Part shown: one piece after another, positions 1 through 10,926 of the stretch
Layout: the number at the start of each line of letters is the position of its first letter
Position numbering within the stretch: the stretch's first letter is position 1
Source: Psammoneis japonica
Taxonomy: Eukaryota
Assembly: GCA_008632985.1 (NCBI GenBank)
Contig: QPGO01000180.1
Coordinates: 97,332 to 136,013, forward strand
Length of the DNA stretch: 38,682 nucleotides
Direction: 5' to 3'
Made by a program: the position numbers and the translations under genes
The notes under the pieces: generated by a model
The model's database searches: none
Told to the model about the DNA's origin: nothing
The model's input: the letters and a program-made list of their open reading frames with translations, nothing else

Positions 1-16
1 CATCCAGTGCACCATT

Positions 17-932
17 GTGAAGCGCATCCTCGAGCGCCAAAATTTGAAATCAAATTTTGAAACTCAACTGCCGAGCCAACTGCGGAATGGGCTGCCGAGC
101 TTGCTCATGCATGCCCAAGCCCAGCTCCTCTACAAGTTGAAAATTGAGACCCCGATGACCTCCGATGCATTGGACATGATCAAGGAAGTGACATCATACA
201 TCCAATCAACTCCAGACCCATGGTCGGGCACCGACAGGATGCGTTGTCCCTCGGGTGCCCCACTGCCAAGCAATTGGAGACACCAGCAACGTCGGCGGAG
301 GTGCCTGTTGCTGCAAGCTCAAATTTTGGTTCGCTTTTCTTTGGGGACCAAAAATCGCAAAGGGTCTCAGGCTGCGGAAGTCAACGGATCTGGACTGTGT
401 CCATGTCAATGCAGTGGAGTTCATTGTCATCATGCTCAAGTTGGCAGCCATTGTCGTTTGCATGGAGAATGTGACTCCAGAACGGGCGCATGAGTTCTTC
501 CGGGACGGCATCGTCCCACTGCATCTGGTCATCAGAAGTTGCTCAGATGACATGGCATCAGTCAACCGGACAAACAAAGCCACTTCGAAGTCGCCACAAG
601 GGCAGCGATTCATGTGGGTTTTTTGTGAATTGCTGCATCATGCGCGTGCAAACCCAAATGGCGATCACATCTTTGGCAACGAGAATTTTGTCACAGATGA
701 CATCTCACGACCTTCTGTTTTTGCCCTGATCTCGAATCGTCACCATTCTGAACAGCTGTTTCGGAAGCATCCCTTTCTGAAGACCTGGGACTGTTTCCAG
801 CCGAGTCAAGAGCTCTTGCAGCTCCTCTCCTCACAGCTGTCTGCCAAGCACAGAACGGCACCCCAGATCCCAAGCAACTTGGGACAGCTTGTTCCCACCA
901 AATCCATTTCCTCCACTTTTACAAGAGTGTGA
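17..932 (+). pseudogene. DIRS-type RT/RNase H C-terminal region, degenerate
   Basis: ORF 255..932 has GDTSNVGGG, HVNAVE, SDDMAS and HIFGNENFVTDDISR, matching DIRS RNase H motifs (DAS..G.G / HIN.LE / DN / HIPG..N..AD.LSR). Apparent frameshift near 225 relative to ORF 17..493. Confidence 0.75.
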
Positions 933-2010
933 GGTGGGATCTAGAAGATCCGGAAATGACTGTGGTTGGCAAGGACCTGAAACATTGCCAATTGGTGCCA
1001 GCTGTGCATGCATCACATCTGGCAACCGGGGCCACCCTGCACTGTAAAAATGTTTCTACAGGTGCCATCAAGGAACACATCCACAACGTCTCCACGTTCG
1101 TGTCTCTGTTTGGTTCCAACTGTTGGGACGTCCGCAAGGACAACAGTGTGGACACCAAAATGGGATGGATCCTCAGGGGAGCATTTGATGAACTCCAACG
1201 GCACGACAAGGTCCCGGACCGACGTGAGTCGTGTGCATTGCTTGTGCAACAACATGCAACTTCAACAGCAGCAGACATGCGAGAAACCGACCCCGACGCA
1301 ATTGAGGTGGTCCTCGCTGACTGGTTTGAGATCGGCCCAATGGCAGGCCTGTGCAGTGTTGAGTGGGCACAGTCCAATGACCACTCAGACCTGGAGAATC
1401 CCAGGCTCAACATCTTCAAGGAGACATGCGCGTTCTGCCTCGATGATGTGCGCATTGAGACCAAGGACAAGCACCAACACTCTGGGGCTGATTGCCTCAC
1501 CCCCAAGCAAGATGACATCGAGAGCATGTTTGTCACATTTCGAGACCAGAAGAACCAGCAACATGGCGAGGAGTGCCAGCTCGCCTTGAACCTCACGGGC
1601 ACTCACGACTTGGTCAAGCCAATGCTTTGCGTGATCCAATGCTTTGCACGGGTCCGTGGTGAAGATGACAAAACCTGCCCCCTGGCACTCTGTTTTGATC
1701 CCAAGGAGAACAAGTGCCGCCTTGTGACATCCAAGAAAATTGAGGCCCGCGTGCGCCAAATTGCAGCAGAGGTGTGCCACCTTGACCAGGTCAAGGATAA
1801 AAAGGCTGTCAGCAAATGGTCAGCACATTCCCTCCATGTTGGAGCCTGCAACATCCTCCATGAGATGAATTTTAGTGCTGAGCAGATTAATCAGCTGCCA
1901 AGATGGCGATCCGACGCCTTTGTGGCGCACCTCCGTAACTGCTTGGGTCTCTCTCAGGCCCATTGCCGAGCCCTCGATAAAGCGGCACCTGTGCCGTTCT
2001 TTGACCAACT
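929..2010 (+). pseudogene. tyrosine recombinase with mutated catalytic residues
   Basis: GLCSVEWAQ (expected first Arg, TGC at 1352), SAHSLHVGAC (H-x-x-R box, CAT at 1835) and RWRSDAFVAHLRN (catalytic Tyr position, CAC at 1928). The ORF track runs on to 2191, probably through a lost stop codon, so the 3' end is approximate. Confidence 0.8.
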
Positions 2011-2280
2011 TGTTTTCTTGCTGTTGATGTGTGTCTGTTCTGCGTTCGTCCTCTCTGTGCGATGTCATTTGCACACTGTCGTTTTTCTGCATCAGACTTT
2101 CAAAATTGAAATTTTAAAATTTCATCCTAACTCCAGATTCGTGTGCCACATTCGAGAGGAACATTTGTCTGTTCCTCATGTCAGAAGATGATCTTTTTTT
2201 TTCCGGTTGGCTCTGCCTCCGATGACATGGGCGCTGTTGCAATGCTTGCAGCATTCCGCGTCGGCAGCATGGTCTGCACA

Positions 2281-2527
2281 CACAGTGAAAAAGGGAGCCA
2301 TCACTTGGCACTGGCGATTCCAAGCCCAGCCCCATGCCCCAATTGCTTCACCTGCTGGCGACTGTTTTCATCGTGGCAAACACTGTGAGTCTACATGCGG
2401 ACATGAACATTGCGTGTGTTCCAGACAACATCCATGTGACTGCATCGATTGACAAGAGACACTTCCACTGTGCCGTGTCATCGGAGTGCAGACAGCCGAG
2501 GCGGAGGCAGGGAATCCGCAGGATTCT
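2281..2527 (+). repeat. direct repeat copy B1 (TpA-depleted)
   Basis: Aligns end to end with 2768-3018, from cacagtgaaaaaggga to ggattct. Confidence 0.92.
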
Positions 2528-2767
2528 CGTAGCCAAGACTCCAAGCCAAGCAAGGAGAGGACCTCCTTGACTGGACCGAGAGTCACCGCGTGAATGTAGT
2601 GGCAAGATGGGTTGAAGGATGGACAACGGACGAGACGAGCGGAAACGAGGCCAGCCCAAGGGATCCCTCATTGTCTGGCAGGATGGGAGACACCATGGCA
2701 CTGTCGAGGCGTCTCCAAGGAGATGCCAACGATGAAAATTGAAAAACCCACCTCTCCCTCCCCTGCA

Positions 2768-3018
2768 CACAGTGAAAAAGGGAACCAATTGCTTGGCACT
2801 GGCGATTCCAAGCCTGGTCCCACACCCTAATTGCTTCACCTGCTCTAGCGACTATTTGCCATCGTGGCAAACACTATGAGTCTATATACGGATATGAACA
2901 TTACGTATATAATAGACAGCATCCATGTGATTGCATCGATTGATAAGAGACGCTTCCACTGTGCCATGTCATCGGAGTGCAGACAGCCGAGGCGGGGGAA
3001 GGGAATCCGTGGGATTCT
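2768..3018 (+). repeat. direct repeat copy B2 (distal part retains TpA)
   Basis: Aligns with 2281-2527. Confidence 0.92.
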
Positions 3019-3205
3019 ATCCCCCCCGAACCGATCCTGCAAAAGACATACGATTTCCGGTGATTAACTTCTACTAACGGAAACAAAGCATGCAACAGTG
3101 GGGGAAGAGATAACAATCCCCCCATCGACGTATCGGAAGCCTCTCGGCTCTCGGCACATGACAGAGAGGGGTGATAAGCATAATACACCTCACCTCAAGG
3201 AAAAG

Positions 3206-4113
3206 ATGGATGACCTTTCGCATCCCTCACCTCTTTTTCGTAACCTTACTAGGGCTATTCTTCACGGGACTGCGGGAGATGTGCGACATGCCCTGCAACT
3301 AGGCGCTAATCCCAATTCGACGTCTCCTGACAATTATGATGTCTCACCGATTTTCTTGTCATGAGCTCTCCGAGCATAAACGACCGTGACGAAAAGATTC
3401 AGGCGTTACTGGACGCTGGAGCAAGTTTGGCAAATAGTGAGCGCTACCGTGAAACACCCTTTCACTTCGCGTGTAAGCTTGGCTATGTGTCAACCGCACA
3501 AATTCTACTGACAGCTGGTGCCCGAGTTGACGAAACAAACAGCAATGGCGACACTGTTTTGCCTATTGTCATCAATTTGGATGTGGAAAGGCAGCGTGAT
3601 ATTATTATGCTTCTTTTACGGAATGGGGCAGACGTAAATGCAAAGACAAGTTATGGGCATTACACACCGCTTCACTTAGCCGTGATGCGTGGGAGAGTTC
3701 AGACGGCTCGCACGCTTTTGCAGAATGGAGCGAGCGTGAATGAAACGGATGAAACTGAATGCACGCCGTTACACTGTGCCAGGGGAGGCACGGTAAAGTT
3801 GCTGCTCGAACACGGGGCCGACGCAAATGCTCTCGACGAGCGTGGCCGCACGCCATTGGATCGTGCAATCTCAAACGGAAGGCGCCACGAGACATCAATT
3901 ATCTTGGAATTTCTGAGCAAGCAACTGTTGACACGAGACAACGTACACCCTTGTCTATGGGCGCACGTGTTGGCCAGGGTAGGGACGAGCAGTACGGACG
4001 ACTCGACTGTGAGCCTTTTTTACTCGTTGCTTCAAGATTTGCCAGATCTATTTGCTTTCAGACATGCTGGTAGGAAAAGGAAGCGACCCGATCATTTCGT
4101 TCCTGGTCTATGA
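3206..4113 (+). CDS. ankyrin repeat protein (apparent 1-nt frameshift near 3352-3360)
   Basis: ORF 3361..4113 has TPFHFAC, TPLHLAV, TPLHCA, GRTPLDRA and LL..GADVNA repeats plus a C-terminal RKRKRP NLS-like motif. The upstream ORF (MDDL...LQLGANPN...SPIFL) supplies another ankyrin repeat in a different frame. Confidence 0.85.
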
Positions 4114-4374
4114 AGCGTCTGGAATGGGTCGTTATGCTTCTGTTGCTTGGTGGGGCATTCCTGGCATACAATACAGAGTAGTATTATTGTCTTGCGGCAG
4201 AGATCACTTTCCGACCATCTTATCCTGGTCGACAAAGGAGGAGGCATGGTCGAAACAAAATGTTGCGTATTTCAAAGTTGAGTAACGTTTGTTCAAAAAT
4301 CTATAGGGTAGACTGGAAAAGTGAATAAGTAGATTCTGTATCTTCGTGCCGTAAAGGCTACCTTTTAGAGAGAG

Positions 4375-5364
4375 CTATTCGTGAAGTCCCATCAGACGGG
4401 CTTTTTCTAGAAGCAGCTTGTATTGTAGTACCGTTGGCATGTCAATCATCAGGCCTTTGAAGCTAAACGCACCCTTCCCTTCCTCTTGGTGCTCTTCAAA
4501 GGCATGGACGACTTCCGATGCATGTTTGATTGATTCTTCTGTTGGTGAGTACGATTCTTGCACCGGCGCAATCTGCGCTGGGTGTATAACCTGCTTTCCA
4601 GAAAAGCCTTGCTGAAATGATCTTAACGATTCCCTAACCAGCTGCTCTTCATCTCGAAAGTCAATCTTTACAATATCAATCGATGACACGCCGTATGCGG
4701 CCGCATGCATCAAGCAATAGTTTCGAGGAAAGTCCAACTCATCATTCGACGTTGTTCTAGTGGCACCCACAGCGGACGCGTAGTCGTCGCCTCCAAAAAT
4801 GACAGCATCCATTCGACTCGGACACGCCGAGCATATTTCTTTCATGTTGAGCATGGCCTGTGGTGATTCAATCATGGAAACGATACGTACATCGTGTGCA
4901 CGGTCACCCAAGGCATCAAGGTGCTCTGCTACACGAAGGACTGTTTCTGCAGACTCTACTTTTGGTATCACAATACCATCTGGTAGAACTCTATCAGTAG
5001 ATTCAGAGCGAATGGTAAGACGACGAAAGCAACTCTTCGGTGACTTGATAATTCGTCTTGCTTTTCGGGACACTCACTTGTTCTGTACAACAGCTTCCAA
5101 GTCTTTCTTTGCTAGATCACCTGTTTCAAACCCATTAATTCTCACCAATCGTTCTGTCCGTCCAAAGTCAACATTATTGAGGGCCTGTAGAATCCCTTCT
5201 CGGGCGTCTTGCTTTTTGTTCAGTGCCACGCCATCCTCCATATCCAAACAGGCACAGTCAAGGGTTGGATGAGACGAAGCTTTGGCTATCTTGCGAACAT
5301 CAAAGCCTTGCAGATACAATAGAGCACGACGAATTCTCGGGGCTAGTGTTGCAACAGCCGACAT
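4375..5364 (-). CDS. HpcH/HpaI aldolase / citrate lyase beta-subunit-like (CLYBL/CitE family); exons 5364-5078 and 4990-4375, 300 aa
   Basis: RRALLY, CLDMEDGV, RLVRIN, IVIPKVES, MIESPQA, IFGGDDY, GKQVIHPAQI and MIDMP motifs. The GTGAGT...TAG intron 5077-4991 joins the two ORFs in frame. Confidence 0.92.
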
Positions 5365-6011
5365 GGTAAAACTAATAAAGTGTCTACCGTGTGTATTCTC
5401 GTTCTGCTATCGCCGCCATGCATTTGGCATTGGCGATGTGGGCGACGGCAAAAAACAACAAGAAAAAAGATCCAGAATCCAGAAAAGATTCGATGAGGTC
5501 GCGGATTTGATTCTGCGCACGCGATCTCAGAATAGAACGCTGGCAGATGGGCTGGACCATGCATGCGAGAGCCTTCATTGTACCGGCATGCTACCGGCAG
5601 ACCTAAGTCGTCAGGGCGAGCGGAGAGTATGGCTCTAGAGCCTCTACTCTAGCTAGACCTGGCTATAGAGTATAGAGTGCACCTACCTTATGCTTTATCA
5701 TCAGCATGCCAGAGCACAAAGCGATAATTGTATTTATCTAGCTACACTCTAGTAGGAATACGAAGTTTGCAAGAAATTGGAAATTGCCATTTCTGTCTCA
5801 TCAAGACCACGAGGACGTCAGTTCTCAACACGATTCGATGGAGCTCGCCACGAGGTACTAATTGCTGTCTATAACCTTCGGCGAAGAGAAAGAATTAATC
5901 GAACACGAAGTTGACTAATTTTTCTTTCATGCGTCACACAACATGGATCCTTGACGAATGACCCTTTCTTCCACTCATCCAAGTACACAGTACAAACTTG
6001 CCCCAATCCTT

Positions 6012-6965
6012 TCATACTTCAATGACATACCCATTGGCCTCAGCGTGTTGGAATTTCTGATTGACAATCTCTTCACAGCTCAAGGTTTCGGCCACTTGGA
6101 CGAAACCGTCCTCGCTTTGCAGGCTGCTCTGTTGACTTGCATTAGTTTCTGGTGTGGATGCATAACTCCTCGCTCCACTCATCTGATTCTCCTCTTTATA
6201 AAGTCTTGTAATGGCCAATATACTCGTGCCAAAGTTCTGATACCGCTTCTCCTTAATTCCGTTGCAGGCCATGAGCTGTGATTTCGTTTGCGGCAGGCGA
6301 ACAGTAATGTCATCCAAGGTGGTATCGTTGAAGATACAATAGGGTGCCACATCTAGTCTATCCGCAAAGGCCAATCGTAATTGTCGCAGGCGTTCTCTCA
6401 GGCCTTTGCGGTTCTGAAGGAGTCTAGCCCGTTCCTCCTTGATGCGAGGATCAGGCAGCGCAAGATCTGCTTTGAACGAAGCAGAAACGCAGCGCTCGTG
6501 GTAGTAGAAACGGCTGTATCTATGATACCTAGGAACAAAAGCCATTTTTCCGACTCTCATTTCGCCTTTGAGAATCGGTTTCCCGCACTGGCGGCATTTT
6601 GCTTGATTGTTCGGAGAAGGTTCCAAAGTGTCGCTACCGGCTCTGACTTGCCTTGAGGGCGATGGACTGCTGGAATATGCAGACTCGCTCTTTACAACAG
6701 GTGACGAGGATGCAATGTGTAATGATGAAGATGATTGAGAGGAGCACACGACTTGAGACGCTGGCGTTCTCAGAAACTTGGCAACGGCCTCTTGCGCGTC
6801 CGAAAGGCATGGAGGTGAATACACTGTTTTGATCCCACTCGAGCCTTTCACTTTTGGCCCCTTGATCTTGCACATCCAATGACCCTCTTTGGGGCCGCCC
6901 GTAGCCCTCACAGGCTTAATGGTTCCATGATGGCCGCAGTTGGTTTGGAAGGTGAAGTCGGTCAT
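6012..6965 (-). CDS. PARP-type zinc finger + HRDC domain protein
   Basis: EPSPNNQAKCRQCGKPILKGEMRVG...YHERC (zf-PARP) then LRQLRLAFADRLDVAPYCIFNDTTLDDI...LPQTKSQL..CNGIKEKRYQNFG (HRDC). Single 317-aa ORF. Confidence 0.85.
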   Translation of the reverse strand: MTDFTFQTNCGHHGTIKPVRATGGPKEGHWMCKIKGPKVKGSSGIKTVYSPPCLSDAQEAVAKFLRTPASQVVCSSQSSSSLHIASSSPVVKSESAYSSSPSPSRQVRAGSDTLEPSPNNQAKCRQCGKPILKGEMRVGKMAFVPRYHRYSRFYYHERCVSASFKADLALPDPRIKEERARLLQNRKGLRERLRQLRLAFADRLDVAPYCIFNDTTLDDITVRLPQTKSQLMACNGIKEKRYQNFGTSILAITRLYKEENQMSGARSYASTPETNASQQSSLQSEDGFVQVAETLSCEEIVNQKFQHAEANGYVIEV

Positions 6966-7273
6966 GGTCTTGTTTTTTTCTTCGCCCTCTGCGTACCGTA
7001 GTCATTGCTTCTTTTTCTCGCCGCCGCCTGTTATTCACGCACAGGCGAACGCGCGACTTGATCGCGCGGGCCAGAACGGCTGTGCGTCGTACGTCTGAAG
7101 ATGTGCTCCGTCCGTCCTCCGCCAGTCGCTCGATCCTCTTTCCGCTGCGATGCGATGTGGCTGATGGCCGCAGCACGCAGCATGGGCCATGGCGTATTAT
7201 ATCTCTTTTTAGCGGCAGCCACCTCTTCCACCCCCACAACTGCAAACAAACAAAATTCACAAACTAGTGTATT

Positions 7274-9150
7274 ATGAATAAATTGATTGGACTGATAGCC
7301 GCTTTGGCGGTCCTGACAAGAACTCGTTTTGTCAACTCGTTTGTTGTGACAAGCGCTGGACGACGACCTGCTTCTTTGCAGCATGCCGCAAGCCGAACTA
7401 CGTGCCGTCGAGCTACTGTAGAATCAGACAATACCGCTGATGCGATAGCTACATCTCCACTGGAGAAGAACGTTTTGGAAAAGATGTCTTCCAATGCAAA
7501 GGCCGCTAAGGAGTGGGGAGACATGTTTGATTTGCCGGATGAGATTTCTTTCTATGCTCTTTTTGCTGCTCTGCGGGAAGGAGCTCAGCTTGGACTCAAG
7601 GGAAAACCGCTCGTATTGAGAAAATCCGATATAATCAAGAGTATTCATGATGTTAGTGATAAAGGTGTTGAAGGATACTTTACGATGGAAGATTTGGAAA
7701 CCGCTGTTACCGAAGACTTTTTGGATGCGGATCGAGGATCAACCGACAATCGGAAAGGCTGGACGGTCCAATCGGTTTCCACTCCTCGTGGAAATTCCTT
7801 TGAAGAGGCTCGGATGACCTTTGAAGAAGTGCAAACTGCTCTAGAGAAGGGTACTGTTATCTTTAATGCATGCGGCGCTCACATTCCAAAGATGGCCGTG
7901 CCACCTTGGCGTGCACCGATGCTACCAGTCTTCCGTGTGCGGCCAACCTCTACGTGACGGCATCGGGGAAGCGCACCAGTGCTCCACCACATACAGATCG
8001 TCAGGATGTTGTGGTTGTACAGACATCTGGAAAGAAGCACTGGCGTGTCTATTCGCCACCAGACCCGTCTCTCAAGCCATCAGCGGACTGCTATGCGCGA
8101 GGAAAGTGGACGGACAATCTGCCCCTCTATGCACTCGAGTCAGAGATGGGTTGTGAGCTCTTGTTGGAAACTACTCTGGATGTTGGTGACGTGTTGTTCA
8201 TTCCAGCAGCTTTCCCACACACCACCGACACGGTCCATCCGGACTGCGAGGATAGCAAGGATACCAGCATCCATCTACGTTTAACTTTGAAACTCACGTT
8301 TGGGATCTCGACTATCTGAGTGCACGAAGGCTCGCACTCCGTCGCGCCTGCGTCTCTGACTCTGCCTTGGGACAAATGAGTGACGAAGAAAACAAATACG
8401 TTGGAAAGGTAAACATGCTGCCATCTCAAGTGAGAGACGATTTGTTTGAAGCGCTCCCTCTTGGGCTGTTGGAAAATGATGAGCAAGGAAAGGCGCTGTT
8501 GGACCAAGCAAGCTCTGAACTAGAGCGTATTAGCAAGGCTGTTGATCCTGAGACGGCGGCTGCGGTGCCGAGTAGCGTCTGGAAAGAAACAATGGAACGG
8601 CTTCGTCAACAGGGTATGGAATTGTTTGACATTCATCGGGACATGTACTTGGCCGCCATTGAGGAAGGAAGAACACGAGAAGCTGAGGATGCCATGACGG
8701 CGCATTTAGATAAACCAAAAACAATGACTGAGGAGCGAATGCGTCGACTGAATGTATTTCGAGTGCCACGATTCTATGATAAGGTGACCGAGAGTAAGCA
8801 ACAACTTACCGAGTGGTCGTATGCTGGCAAGCCAGTCGATGACTCGGGTACCGGAAGCGCAAGCGCAGCCCTACCAGAAAATTGGGCATTTACAATGCCC
8901 ATCAAGGTAGGAGATCAAGTGAGGCTGACCTTGGAGGAGCTTCTTTCCAGCTACAGTGACGAGAGCATCAGCTGGCGGCTTTGACGTTCAGTTCTTTGAC
9001 GGGGATAAGGAGACTGGATTGGATCGAAGTATGCTCAGGCTATTAACGCCACCAGCAGACCCCGCGGCTAGTAATGTTGACACTTCTGGAATGACAAAGA
9101 AGCAACTGAAGCGCTGGAAGAAACAACAAGAAAAGTTAAACAAAAAGTGA
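7274..9150 (+). CDS. JmjC/cupin 2-oxoglutarate oxygenase (RIOX/NO66/RoxA-like), probably plastid-targeted; several apparent frameshifts
   Basis: ANLYVT...APPHTDRQDVVVVQTSGKKHWRVY and LDVGDVLFIPAAFPH give the H-x-D...H metal ligands. Hydrophobic N-terminus followed by VNSFVV resembles the ASAFAP motif. Pieces 7274-, 7870-, 8367- and 8956- lie in different frames. Confidence 0.8.
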
Positions 9151-9229
9151 ACGCGATTCTTAAGTCATGCATTTTTAATCAGTGACTTATTAGTGTACAC
9201 GCATACTATGAAATAATGGCGGCTTTCTC

Positions 9230-10390
9230 TTAGTAGATCTCCGCCGTCAAATTCCCTTGACTCTGTAATTCATTTTCGTCCCCTCCTGCGTCGAAAAACA
9301 TGTCTTTTGTCAAAGAGTCCTGCGGATCTCTCCCTACTGGCTCAGTCTCCGCTTTTGCCGGCCAAAAGGAAAAACTGGTGCGACTTTGTTCGCTAACGTT
9401 CATCTCTTCTTCCTCCGGAATTTTGGATACACGTCGCTCTACGTCCACAGGAGCAGCCACCACGACTGCCTCTGGTATTTCGTCTGTTTCTGCGACACTA
9501 TCGTGGTAATTTGACGGCACCGAGTCGCCCTCCTCATTTGCTTCAGCGTTTTCTTCATCTTCTTCGTCCTCTTCTTCATCATCATCCTTATCTCGACGCC
9601 AGAAAAATAAAAAGGCAAAGAACCCTTGTTTTTCTTTTTCCTCAGGTTCTTCCTCGATCTTTTTGTTCTTCTCCTTTTTCGCACGAACAAACATAGGCTC
9701 TGGTTTCGGTATAACACAAAGAAAGAGACTTACAACAAGATAGCATGCGCAAGACGCAACGGCATAGGCAGCTCCAATTTCAAAATCGCAAGGATACGAG
9801 CCCTTTCCGAGGGATTCTCCCGGGTTTTGACTACGGTAGTAAGCGAGCATATCATAAACTTGATGATGAGCAAAGCATACGGTACTTGTTCCATACTGTA
9901 GACATAAAACAGCACGTCTGATAATATCGGACCACAAGATCCAGTACTCACCAAAAATCACTTGCAAACAAGAATCCGGTAAGAGATATACCGACCGCAG
10001 CAAAGAAGAACAGTGTGCATTCTGCACAACGAGCGCCCTTGAATCGACAGCACGTAAACTCTATCAGCAACAAGAGCAGCCCGGCAAGCCCAATGCGTTC
10101 CCAATGGCAATCCCGATTCGACCCGTCGTCATCTGCCAGCTAAGATCATCTTTTTCTTCATCATTCATGTTTCTGCAGCTTTCGCCTTCCAATTCAATTT
10201 TGAAGAGACCCAAGTTCCCAGACGTCACATTTCTGCCCCCAAACTCAAAGTTATCGTCATTAGCCGGTTCCAGGCTGAACGTAGTAAATTCGCACGTTAG
10301 TAATGCCAAAATACTCAGCACTAGAGCAGCAATGGCTGTGGTCAAAATTAAAACTCTACAGTGAACGCAAGCGACATCACGGGACAACAT
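9230..10390 (-). CDS. multi-pass membrane protein with acidic C-terminal tail (claudin-like topology); exon structure unresolved
   Basis: TM1 (LILTTAIAALVLSILALLTC), GNLGLF..C loop, further hydrophobic segments (IGAAYAVASCACYLVVSLFLCVI) and an E/D-rich tail, across ORFs 10064..10390, 9730..9954 and 9230..10027. Confidence 0.6.
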
Positions 10391-10926
10391 AAAAAAATTG
10401 TGTGAGATCTACTCGTGAAAATCACGTGATTGATGAGAATCACCCTCGAGATAACTCACTGGACCCAGACTTTACAATCCAACATACAGCTTTTGCAACA
10501 TCCCATGTTAGAATCCTACACTGCAATAACAAGGTGCCATGGACGACGGCTTTGCGACTTCAACACCCAAACTCGGACACTCGCCCTGCCTTTGGAAGCG
10601 TTGAACATGATACCGGTATATGTGGCAGGTGGCAGGTGGCAGTCATCAGTCAGTCATGTCAAATGATCAGATAACGGCACGGACATTCTCAGTGAAATTT
10701 ATAACATATACTACATTGGTAATATAGGTGAGTTAAAATGATATCCACATTTTAAAATAAGACGAGTTCAATGAATATATAAATAGCCTTATACAAAATT
10801 TGTGGATATTGAATTTCCAAAAATCAAAGATCCAAAATCTTCAAACATCACAAGAAAATCGAGAAAATCTGAAATTCTGATGAACCTGCCAGCTGCCAGC
10901 GCTATCAACGAGAGAAACGAGAAACC

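Larger units (their letters stand above)
1..3018 (+). mobile_element. 3' part of a tyrosine-recombinase (DIRS/Ngaro-type) retrotransposon, inactivated
   Basis: RNase H-like ORF followed by a tyrosine recombinase ORF, then two ~250-bp direct repeats (2281-2527, 2768-3018) separated by ~240 bp, consistent with the B1-A2-B2 split direct repeats of Ngaro/PAT elements. The 5' part lies outside the window. Confidence 0.8.

Noticed and set aside
2768..3018. Classical fungal RIP (CpA to TpA) acting on the TA-rich copies
   Set aside because: Loss of conserved Tyr, reciprocal CA/TG sites and block-wide TpA depletion all indicate TA is ancestral.
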